Shown: positions 34,593 through 45,998 of the stretch, piece after piece
Position numbering within the stretch: position 1 is the stretch's first letter
Layout of the letters: each line of letters opens with the position of its first letter
DNA from: Macrostomum hystrix
Taxonomy: Eukaryota; Animalia; Platyhelminthes
Reading direction: 5' to 3'
DNA: 64,000 nucleotides
Assembly (NCBI GenBank): GCA_950097015.1
Contig: CATNEN010000001.1
Span: 27,404,001 to 27,468,000 of the forward strand
Notes under the pieces: model-generated
The model's database searches: none
The model's input: the letters and a program-made list of their open reading frames with translations, nothing else
What the model was told of the DNA's origin: nothing
Position numbers and translations under genes: made by a program

Positions 34593-36327
34593 GCTGAGCT
34601 GCGTCAGCCTGACTTATGGAGGCCACGGTTGTTTGCTGTTGCGATGTACTTTTGTTCTTATGTTTAACCAGTTCTTGTATACCCCAGAGTGAACTAATTC
34701 TGTTGTTTCTTAGACATGTATTAGCACAAAGGTTTTGAATACAGTGTTTAAATGCATGCTTCCTGTTCCGCTGAATGCAGCTTTAAATAAAAAAATTAAT
34801 TAAGAAACAAGTGAGAAGGTCCGCAGCGTCACAGTTTCTGGGATAAAACAACAGCGGCCTACAAGGAAAAGGTCCAGAATTACTATGGAGGTAATAGCAC
34901 AAATATCCGAGTCGTGCAGTGTTTTTTGCTAGGGACTGATGATTGACAATGTCAGTGTGTGACATATTCAAACAGAGATTCTATGCCTGATGAGCTGCTA
35001 ACTAATAAAACATCATAAGTAATGCAATTAGACCAATTAAAAGTAAAGGTTAAACAATATACTGCAGCATGCCATGGTGTCTACTGAGCTTTACATGTCC
35101 GTTGTATGCGAATTAACAATTGTGTCCGAACAGTTGTGGAAATCGGACTCGGATGTGCACAACTAAAGACTGCAGTCAGCAACTGACACACGATGGTTCT
35201 GGATTCAAAACTGGAATTATTTGTGTTCACTCTGACTGTTAGTGACATTCGAGTGTACATTCCCTCTTTGACTAGTCTAAAAATAGAAACAATGTACGCG
35301 CGAAATTCCACCACTGGTTAGAGGGAAAAACTATGACGCAAGTTCTATTTTTAGAAATATCAATCGAGCGTTTCTAAATATAATTAACCGGTCTTTAGCC
35401 GGTCTAAAAGTCCTTTAGCTAACTGATTTGTGTTAGTGTAGACCATCGCGTGTTGAAATGTGTTTTTAGAGCTTGTCCGAATCAATTTTTTAAAACGAGC
35501 TATAACAAAAACGCATGTGCGGAAACAATAAAACAAAACGATAACCGTTTAATGCGGGATATTTGCAGTAAGAATATTTTACTTTTATGCATATTTCAAT
35601 GTTTGCATTATGCTTTTACGGTTGTCAATAACAAGAATACAACAGAGAAAAACTGTTTCATATGTTATGTCTCAAGAAGAGGCTAAAATGTGATGCCTGA
35701 AACTGCCAAAAACTGATCAAATAATTGTAACCAATAACTTTTTTAAGTAGATGACAGCTCGCACAAGCGGTAGAAAAGTCCAAAAAACTTAATTAAAACG
35801 AAAAAACATATTGTAAAAAGCTGTGAAAACAGAAAGGTGACTAAGATGACTACATCTTAAACCATAGGATAAGAGTGGTAAAACTGACAATTGCTAAAAT
35901 ATCACAAAACAGCAAATTGGTATTGCAACATTCAAATATAGACAGAACTGCAACTGCTTCTAAGTGAAAAAGAACTAAGTGAATGATTGAAGAGGTAATT
36001 TACTCACAATATAGCATAGGTAACAGTGCTTGTAGCATCATTTGAAGCGACTAAAAACAGAATAAAACAATTAGTTAACATCAATGCTTATCGAATACTT
36101 TTCTAGCTACTAATATAAAGTAGTAAGTGTTGATTAATTAGCTGCTTTGAATAGCAATAAATGTACCTAAATTCTAAATAATTTCTAGCCATAGAAGTTC
36201 AAATGAAAACTTATCGCAATATTCTACTGCCATGCAGTTCCCAGCAGTAGTATCATACGGATTTTCGTATTTTATTTCTTCTTTTTTTTAAATCGAATGA
36301 TGCAATCAGCCCGGACCTCCGGCCGCA

Positions 36328-38112
36328 TCAGTAATTGCCATAGGCTGGCGGATTGTCGCCAGGCTGCGAGGCCTGGTAGGTCTGCTGGGTGGTGGTGGCA
36401 GTGTAGGTGTGGCCACATTCACCACGATGGAAATTGTTCTTCAGCAGCTGGTATTTGCGGAACATCAGAAAAGCCAGAAAGGCGTGCAGACCGGTGGTGG
36501 GCAAGGCGAACACCTGTTCGAGCAGAGTAGGGTCCGAGCATGTTTACTTGGTGAGTAGCTTTACATTGATGGCAAGGGTGTGACATTCGATGTGCCACAA
36601 CCATGTCTTATGAAACCATTCGATGTGCCACAACCATGTCTTATGAAACCATTTGATGTGCCACAACCATGTCTTATGAAACCATTTGATGTGTCACAAC
36701 CATGTCTTATGAAACCATTTGATGTGCCACAACCATGTCCTATGAAACCATTTGATGTGCCACAACCATGTCTTATGAAACTATTTGATGTGCCACAACC
36801 ATGTCTTATGAAACCATTTGATGTGCCACAACCATGTCCTATGAAACCATTTGATGTGCCACAACCATGTCTTATGAAACCATTTGATGTGCCACAACCA
36901 TGTCTTATGAAACCATTTGATGTGCCACAACCATGTCTTATGAAACCATTTGATGTGCCAGAACCATGGTTCATTTGGTTTCACGCCACAATATCCTGTC
37001 TAATGATTTATTTGCTGCCACAATATGTTATTAATCTTTGAAGTGCCCCCAACAAAACGCGTGTTTACTCACAGCGCTAGCGATGGCGGCGCTTCCAATG
37101 CCAGCGCCGTTGACTGCCGAGACGATGAAAGCGATCAGGCCCAGAATGGTGATGGCCGCCATGTAGATCAAGATCTGTTGGACACCATGGGATTCGGGAT
37201 TTGAATTTGTTATGATGAAACAGAAATAAGCAAACAATTCGAAGGTAATAAGGTAGACATGTGAGGCAGACAGGTGAGGCAGACAGGTGAAGCAGACAGA
37301 CAGATGAGACAGAGGGGGGAGACGGACAGGTGAAGCAGATAGGTTAGGCAGATAGATAAGATAGGTTAGGCAGATAGATAAGATAGATAGGTTAAGCAGA
37401 TAGATAAGACAGACAAGTGAAGCAGACAGGTGAGGCACACAGGTGAGGCACACAGGTGAGGCACACAGGTGAGGCACACAGGTGAGACACACAGGTGAGG
37501 AACCCATGTGAGACAGACATGTGAGGCACGCAGGTGAGGCACGCAGGTGAGGCACGCAGGTGAGGCACACAGGTGAGGCACACAGGTGAGACACACAGGT
37601 GAGGAACCCCTGTGAGACAGACATGTGAGGCACGCAGGTGAGGCACGCAGGTGAGGCACACAGGTGAGGCACACAGGTGAGGTACACAGGTGAGACACAC
37701 AGGTGAGGAACCCATGTGAGACAGACATGTGAGGCACGCAGGTGAGGCACGCAGGTGAGGCACACAGGTGAGGCACACAGGTGAGGCACACAGGTGAGGC
37801 ACACAGGTAAGCACTCACCACCAGGCCGAGTGGTCCGGGAATCTTAGGCAGGACCCGCAGCAGGTAGAGGCCAAACAAGATGCCGGTGCCGATGGCAGCG
37901 GTGGAGCCCACAAAGGCAGCAAAGCCGCCGCCGTGAATGGACCAGGGGAACACGGTGCCGCAGATGAACAGAATGATTGAGCACACAACTGCAGCTATGA
38001 GCACAATGCCCAGCTTGGTGCGGAAAAAATCTCGATCCAGACCCACGCCCGGGCCTTCCGAGTGGGTGGCGGTTGTCTCCGTGGTGGTGGCCTTGTAGGC
38101 ATCAGTTTCCAT
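36328..38112 (-). CDS. MARVEL-domain protein, paralog 3, 193 aa
   Basis: Exons 38112-37819, 37174-37073 and 36513-36328. Same intron positions as paralogs 1 and 2. DFFRTKLGIVLIAAVV; PPAY motif in the tail. Confidence 0.82.
36586..36968. repeat. 33-bp intronic minisatellite (TTGATGTGCCACAACCATGTCTTATGAAACCAT)n
   Basis: Tandem array in intron 2 of paralog 3. Confidence 0.95.
37250..37810. repeat. 13-bp intronic minisatellite (ACACAGGTGAGGC)n
   Basis: Tandem array in intron 1 of paralog 3. Confidence 0.92.
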
Positions 38113-38224
38113 GATTGGCTTGGCTAGAGCAGCGTCTCACTGATTTATAGATTAGCTTCGCTTATTGGCTAACCTGCTTGACAGACCGGCACAGTGCTGC
38201 AAGGCAGGAAACTGTTTTTATTCC

Positions 38225-39292
38225 TGTGCTTTCATGTGTACTCTAACTGTGCTCTCATGTGTACTCTAACTGTGCTTTCATGTCTACTCTACTACTGTGC
38301 TCTCATGTACTCTATGCTCTCATGTGTACTCTAACTGTGCTCTCATGTGTACTCTAACTGTGCTCTCATGTGTACTCTAACTGTGCTCTCATGTGTACTC
38401 TAACTGTGCTCTCATGTGTACTCTAACTGTGCTCTCATGTGTACTCTAACTGTGCTCTCATGCGTACTCTAACTGTGCTCTCATGTGTACTCTAACTGTG
38501 CTCTCATGTGTACTCTAACTGTGCTCTCATGTGTACTCTAACTGTGCTCTCATGTGTACTCTAACTGTGCTCTCATGTGTACTCTAACTGTGCTCTCATG
38601 TGTACTCTAACTGTGCTCTCATGTGTACTCTAACTGTGCTCTCATGTGTACTCTAACTGTGCTCTCATGTGTACTCTAACTGTGCTCTCATGTGTACTCT
38701 AACTGTGCTCTCATGTACTCTAACTGTGCTCTCATGTGTACTCTAACTGTGCTCTCATGTACTCTAACTGTGCTCTCATGTACTCTAACTGTGCTCTCAT
38801 GTGTACTCTAACTGTACTCTCATGTGTACTCTAACTGTGCTCTCATTTGTACTCTAACTGTACTCTCATGTGTACTCTAACTGTGCTCTCATTTGTACTC
38901 TAACTGTGCTCTCATGTCTACTCTACTACTGTGTTCTCATGTCTACTCTCCTACTGTGGTCTCATGTCTACTCTCTCCTACTGTGCTCTCATGTCTACTC
39001 TCCTACTGTGCTCTCATGTCTACTCTCTCCTACTGTGGTCTCATGTCTACTCTCTCCTACTGTGGTCTCATGTCTACTCTCTCCTACTGTGGTCTCATGT
39101 CTACTCTCTCCTACTGTGGTCTCATGTCTACTCTCTCCTACTGTGGTCTTATGTCTACTCTCTCCTACTGTGGTCTCATGTCTACTCTCTCCTACTGTGG
39201 TCTCATGTCTACTCTCTCCTACTGTGCTCTCATGTCTACTCTCTCCTACTGTGGTCTCATGTCTACTCTCTCCTACTGTGGTCTCATGTCTA
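38225..39292. repeat. 23-bp to 27-bp minisatellite (TGTACTCTAACTGTGCTCTCATG grading into TCTACTCTCTCCTACTGTGGTCTCATG)
   Basis: Tandem array with a polar change of unit near 38920. Confidence 0.93.
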
Positions 39293-39927
39293 TAAAAAGG
39301 CTGTTATTCGGACTGCTTGACAATAGCACCTGACGCTCCAGCGTATCAGTCTTGAGTCCGATTATTTCCTAGGCAGTTTCTAGCTAAACAAGCTATTTTC
39401 AAAGCAATTCTGGTAGTCACACGCATGGTCTTAACTGTTTCCTACGAAATGAAGCAAGCCAAAGAGACAAACTCAGACAAGATTAGCTGCAGCACAAACG
39501 CTGCAACAAAAAGATTTCAAAGTTTACTGACTCGTACTTCTAGATACCGGGTGGCTGAAATATGAGAGTTGATGATTTTAAAAGTAATTTACCTCAGAAG
39601 CTTAAACTTAACTAACAATTCAACTTTACAATTTACTCGGGATTCGAACTCACGACTGTTAAGCACGAATAAACTATTTTACAAAGTGAATCGAATTAAT
39701 TTAATCTCAGTATATGAGTACCAGAAATAGCTTAGACAAATGGAACCCTGAACATATGTGCGGAAGATTCACTAAAAAAGTTACAATGGTCTTATGGATG
39801 AACGAAACTATAAGCTAACTTTTAGGAGGCTGGCTAAGCACAGAATTCTAAGAGCTGAAAACAGTTGAGCCTAGTGAGTCCATGGTGGGAGGGTAGGTGA
39901 GCTGACACTGAGTGCTTGGCATGTCAA

Positions 39928-41212
39928 TCAAGCCAGTTTCACACCGCCAGACTTAGCCTTGTCCAGCCGGTTCTCGACGTCGTCCCAGTTGACGACCTTC
40001 CAGATGCTCTTGACATAGTCTGGGCGGACATTCTTGTACTGCAGGTAGTACGCGTGCTCCCACACATCGATGCCTAGCAGGGGCTCGAGACCCGTGGTGG
40101 CCTTCAGTGGGTCCTGGCGGCATGTTTGAAATGTGGGCGATTTTTAAGTCACGTTTAAGCTGAGTAGCAGCTTCGGTGGAATTAGGTGAGTAGCATATTG
40201 ATATTGGACTCAGTTGAGTAGCATATTGATATTGGACTCAGTTGAGTAGCATATTGATATTGGACTCAGTTGAGTAGCATATTGATATTGGACTCAGTTG
40301 AGTAGCATATTGATATTGGACTCAGTTGAGTAGCATATTGATATTGGACTCAGTTGAGTAGCATATTGATATTGGACTCAGTTGAGTAGCATATTGATAT
40401 TGGACTCAGTTGAGTAGCAGATTGATATTGGACTCAGTTGAGTAGCAGATTGATATTGGACTCAGTTGAGTAGCAGATTAATATTGGACTCAGTTGAGTA
40501 GCAGATTAATATTGGACTCAGTTGAGTAGCAGATTAATATTGGACTCAGTTGAGTAGCAGATTGATATTGGACTCAGGTGAGTAACAGATTGATATTGGA
40601 CTCAGGTGTGCTCAGGTGATAAGCAGTTTGAGGTGTGCTCAGGTGAGTAGCAGTTTGACCCAGGACACCCACCTGGTTAGCGCAGGTGGCAATCTGCAGT
40701 CGGTCAGTCTTGAAGTTGTAGCCAAGCCAGGCCCAGCCGCTGCCCTGAACACCGACAGCGGCGGCGGACATCTGCTCCTGGAACTTGCTGAAGGAGCCGA
40801 AGTCCCTGTTGATGGCATCCACCAGAAACTTGGAAGGCTCACCGCCGCCATTGGGGCTGAGGTTCTTCCAGAAGATGCTGTGATTCACGTGGCCACCGCC
40901 ATTGAAGCGCAGGGCGGCCTGCACGGCGATCAAGTCGGAGGTCTTGCCCGCGGCGAGCGCCGCCGCCAGAGTCTCCTGGGCGGCGTTGAAATTGTTGACG
41001 TAGGCAGCGTGATGCTTCTGATGGTGCAGGCGCATGATGTCAGCGCTGATGACAGGCTCAAGGGCCCCATAGTCATATGGCAGGTCAGGCAGGGTGGCCT
41101 TCACAATGGGCCCTGGGGCAGCTGAGCTGCTCAGTGGCTGTGATCGGCAAGCGACAGAGTGGCAGAGCCAGCGCAGTGAAGTGGTTGGCAGCTTGCTGGT
41201 GACGCGCTGCAT
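39928..41212 (-). CDS. SOD2: Mitochondrial Mn superoxide dismutase, 241 aa, 2 coding exons
   Basis: Exons 41212-40673 and 40113-39928. [64 protein letters not shown]. Basic/hydroxylated transit-like N-terminus. Confidence 0.97.
40186..40605. repeat. 28-bp intronic minisatellite (TTGAGTAGCATATTGATATTGGACTCAG)n
   Basis: Tandem array in the SOD2 intron. Confidence 0.95.
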
Positions 41213-41374
41213 TGTGCTGAATGATTAAGCCAGTTTTTACACTTTTAGAAAATTTTGAACACACATTTTTACTTTAGACTATGCAAATGATCTATTGCAT
41301 TGCTATAAATTATATTAGATAAAGTACATTGGAAAAAATCACTTCTAATCAAATTATAATGCTTCAAATGCCTA

Positions 41375-41670
41375 CAGTTGGGGTGATTGTCAGAGTGCCT
41401 TTGCCAAGGCCCCTGAGCTCAATTCTGCACTGAGGCAGGTCAGCAACATTCATTTAAGGCACTGCAGCAGAGGTTTGATGGCTTTTCATGCATTTTAGGC
41501 CCTTGAGGGCCAACCCCAAGGTGCAGTTTAAGTGTACACTGCCTAGTTATGAGAAATTCAAGGCCAATGTACATATCTATGTGAGCATGTGCCTATAGTG
41601 CCTGCATTTTTGCTCAGGAATTAGTGGAATCGGCACAATTGCCTCCTTGCTAGCTATAGGTCCACCGTCA
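41375..41670 (+). mobile_element. SINE family A, copy 8 (CpG-decayed)
   Basis: GCCCTTGAGGGCCAACC, GTGTACACTGCC..ATGAGAAA and AATTGCCTCCTTGCTAGCT align with family A, with CG changed to TG/CA. Confidence 0.7.
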
Positions 41671-42022
41671 TTCTTGTATTGTAACTTACAAAAGCAATAC
41701 ATTTTTAATAAGAACATTTTTTTCTAAACCTTAATAAAGTAGTATAGCTTTTTATTGTACTTTTACACTTCACACATTTTACATTTTTATGAATTGAATT
41801 TGAACAGTATTATCAATTTTTTTGTATACAGCTATATATTGTAGCTAATATAGTGATACATAACTATAGCTATAGTTATTCAGTCATACTCTAGGTTTTT
41901 AAACAAATATAATTATTTGTTTACAAGATCAGTTTAATAATGATATGAAATTTCTATAAACAATATGTTTCAAATGCCTATAAACATTTGCTTGCTATAA
42001 TTGGCAAAGCCAATTATAGTAT

Positions 42023-42320
42023 GGCAGTGCTTATCCCCACGGTACCGTAGAAATAATTTTTGTCTTTCTACGGTACCTTTCTACGTTACCGTAGGAATAA
42101 GACAAAGCAAGTAAAAAAGCAAGTAAACAAATTAAAGTTTTCTGCTTTTTTCGCAAGTAGTTACCCAATACAGTGGCTTTTTTAAGTATATAAAATATAT
42201 GTTGAAGATAGGACAGCTATCTCGTCAGTGTGCTGTGCGGATAAGCAGGAAATTATTCCCACGGTACTGTAGGAATAAGACAAAAATTATTTCTACGGTA
42301 CCGTGGGGATAAGCACTGCC
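42023..42320. mobile_element. MITE with ~42-bp TIR and 9-bp TSD (MULE/Merlin-like)
   Basis: TIR GGCAGTGCTTATCCCCACGGTACCGTAGAAATAATTTTTGTC; perfect TSD TTATAGTAT. Confidence 0.9.
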
Positions 42321-44096
42321 TTATAGTATATAGCTATGCACCCTGTATGTAAAGTTATAGAAAGCTATTGATATATAATAGCTAAAAATAGTTGACTAAT
42401 GACTACTAAAATTACAATGAATTAACCTTGATACTTAGATTTTATTTACAGTTGAATATGGGTCTTTCTTTATTATATAGATTCCAATTGAAAAGTAAAA
42501 CTATATGTAACTTATTAACTTTAAACTATAACTATAAACTATATGTAACTTATGTAGCTTATTAATTATAGATAAGTTAAAGACTAAAATTTTGAACTAA
42601 AAACTGACAACTTAAATAAGCGAATGAAATAGTTCAAATGCAAGTGAATATCTATTGTAGTTTTATGATAAAGGTACATGACAGTACTCTTTACTGTTTA
42701 CCATGGACAGTATCTATGGCTAATTTTACTTTTAATGCTGGAAGTAAATACCTAATATTTTTTCTGAGGAGTCATTTTTTGCCAAAGAAATATCAAAGCA
42801 TAAAATTAAAAGATTACAGAATGTGAAATTACACTGCCTATTGTCAGACTGCCTTTACCATCCTTTTACCGTTTGATGAAATTATTGTCCGGACTACGGT
42901 CATCAATAAATCGGTGAAAAACAACAATTCAAACTCCAAACACACAACAAAACAACGCAGTATACCAAAACTGGTGTAAAGAATAGTAAGAAATTGCATT
43001 TAGCTTGAGTTTCATCTCACTAGTACGGAGCTTCTATGAAAAATTTTCGAAAATTAGTGCGGGTCGGTTTACAATTAGACTTCCAAACTGACCAGTTTTT
43101 ATCGTTGAATTCAAATTGCGGACTTAAATAACATTGATCTAGAGAACGCGCTCTGATTGGGCAGTTTGTTCGCTCGTATTCTCTGAAACGGCAGTATTTG
43201 ACTAATCATTTTCGATTCAAATGGCGACCCATCCAATCATTTCATGACAAACATTTTAATAAACTAATGGACTTAAAAATCGTTCAGCTTGCTTTGCCAG
43301 ATTCGATCGTTTAAAGGCGGATAAATTTTAAATATCAACTGTGCAGTGATAGTATCTATCATTGGATATCTATCACTATCAGTATTTATCACTCTTCTAT
43401 TGCGAAAATAGAAGACAAACTTCTCGCATAGCAAAAAATGAAACTTAGCGGGGCTTCTTGGAAAAGAAGTAAGTTATAAGATTCAAAGTTTCAAAACTGA
43501 ACGTGACGCGTCGCGAGCGTCATGATCGTGTGCAATTTTTAGATATTTTAATTTTGCATAATTTCGATAAGAAATGAAACGCTTTAGTCGTTAATTAAAC
43601 ATCGTCATTCCGCACACAACACCTACAGCCGTAAAAGACTCGCAGTAAACAGCGAATACTAATTGGAGTTGGACTTTGATCACTGCATGTTGCGTGACAC
43701 GCTAGAACAGATTAAGCTCAAACGGTCACCTATAGCTTCCATGCTAAAGGGGATGTCAAGGGCCCAGGCGTTGATGGGAAGAATGATTTTAGGCAGAGGC
43801 TGGCCGCACTGTGTAATTACCGACCACCGCAGATCGGCAAATTTTTGCTTTCAGAACCACCTCACCTTTATTGGCCCTCGGTGCTAATTAACGCCATTCG
43901 TAATTACTAGTCTGGGGCAGCTCCCAAGGGATATCTGCCCAGACCAGTCCAACAAGCTCTTGTCCGATGGATGGATTGCGGAATTGCGATTTCGAAAAAT
44001 AGATTCGAGAATTGAAGCACGCGATTGCTGTGTTGCGCATGACTATATAAGTGTTGTGTGCTGTAGTAGCCACAGCGAATTTGAGCACACCACTAC

Positions 44097-45093
44097 ATGT
44101 ATATAGCGACTCAAATGAATTTGACCATTGTGCTAGACGAAAAAGCAGCAGGGACAGCAACCGCTGCAGATTGGCCCAGCGACAAATTGCACTGCCGGTA
44201 TCATCAGCCAAAGCAGCAGGTCTTTGGAGAGAGGTAAGTTCAGCTGGCCTTTCTGAAGGTTGGCTTCAAGAGATGCTGCGGCATCCATTACTGCTGTGTC
44301 AGCATGATAAGATTAAAACCCGGGGAAGCAATGGTAGGAGGAGAGATTGCAGCGGGGGGAGAGATGGCAGGAGGAGGATGGCTGGGAGAGATGGCAGAGG
44401 GAGAGATGGGAGGGAAAGAGATGGCAGAGGGGGAGATTTCTAGGAGAGATGGCAGAGGGGGAGATGGCTAGGAGAGATGGCAGAGGGGGAGATGGCTAGG
44501 AGAGATGGCAGAGGGGGAGATGGCTAGGAGAGATGGCAAGATGGCTAGGAGAGATGGCAGAGGGGGAGATGGCTAGGAGAGATGGCATAGGGGGAGATGG
44601 CAGGGGGAAGAGATGGCAGGAGGGAGATGGCTGGGAGTGGCAAGAGGCAGATGGCTGGGGGGGATGGCGGGACGGGAGGGGAGAGGTATTGAGCAGTTGC
44701 AATCTGAACTCGTATTATCGACTATCGTAACATAACTTTTTTTCTAGGCCTGATGTGGAAGTTCTGCCCCCAGCAAGCTCTGAGAGACGGTGTCGACAAG
44801 TGAGTCATCAGCAGCGGCAGCAGCAGCAGCAGCAGCAGCAGCAGGCAACTCAGCGTTCAAGGCGAAGGCACGCGGCAAACGATCGAGAACGACGCCGAAT
44901 GAGCGCCCTGAACTCGGCCTTCGACCGTCTGCGGGAGGTCATTCCCGCCGCCTCCGCTGTCGCCGAACCCACCTCGGCAGCTGACGTCGGCTGGCCAAGG
45001 AAACGGCTGAGCAAGTATGAGACTTTGCTCATGGCTCAGGCCTACATTGAGATGCTGTCTGGGCTGCTGGAGTGCCAGCCCTGTGACGCCTGA
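44097..45093 (+). CDS. ato: Atonal-class bHLH transcription factor, 160 aa, 2 exons
   Basis: Exons 44097-44233 and 44748-45093 join in frame. [50 protein letters not shown] at ~44044. Confidence 0.88.
44335..44685. repeat. GA-rich intronic minisatellite (GGAGAGATGGCAGAGGGGGAGATGGCTA)n
   Basis: Degenerate tandem array in the atonal intron. Confidence 0.85.
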
Positions 45094-45620
45094 CAGCCAT
45101 AGCTGCTAAATGTCAGTCGCGTAAAATAGAGTAATACAGCACTTTTCCAAATGCTTTTATTGTTACTTTAAGTAGACTGTTTAGACAGAATCGCTAAATT
45201 TGTGTCCGAGAAAGCCTTTTTACTGGAGTTTTTTAATGTACTTGAAGGGTAAAATAAAATGGCATCTATATGCACGGGACTAGCGTATCACGAGATCTGC
45301 TGTTACTGGCTAGAATAGTATATAGCAAAACAGACTGATGTAAGTGAATTGAACTGACATTATAAACCTGCTGGGGGAACCTCTGCGAACCGTTCGCAGG
45401 TGCAGATATGATCGAAAAACCTCACCAGTAACAAGCGAGCTCTGCTTTTATTATCCTCGGGATATCGGACATGAGGAAACCAGGGCAGTACAGCTTTTAC
45501 AATGGCAGTCCCTTATTGCATGGCATCTTGAATATTGCTGCCAGACACAATGGCCCAAACCTTAACCAACACAGTTGGTTAAGTTTAAGTTTAAAGTGGA
45601 AATCTATCGCTACAGAGTCG

Positions 45621-45998
45621 TTGGGACAGGGTCATTGGGACAGGGTCATTGGGACAGGGTCATTGGGACAAGGTCATTGGGACAGGGTCATTGGGACAGG
45701 GTCATTGGGACAGGGTCATTGGGACAGGGTCATTGGGACAGGGTCATTGGGACAGGGTCATTGGGACAGGGTCATTGGGACAGGGTCACTGGGACAGGGT
45801 CATTGGGACAGGGTCATTGGGACAGGGTCATTGGGACAGGGTCATTGGGACAGGGTCACTGGGACAGGGTCATTGGGACAGGGTCATTGGGACAGGGTCA
45901 TTGGGACAGGGTCATTGGGACAGGGTCATTGGGACAGGGTCATTGGGACAGGGTCATTGGGACAGGGTCATTGGTACAGGGTCATTGGGACAGAGTCA
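45621..45998. repeat. 14-bp G-rich minisatellite (TTGGGACAGGGTCA) x~27
   Basis: Tandem array. Confidence 0.95.
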
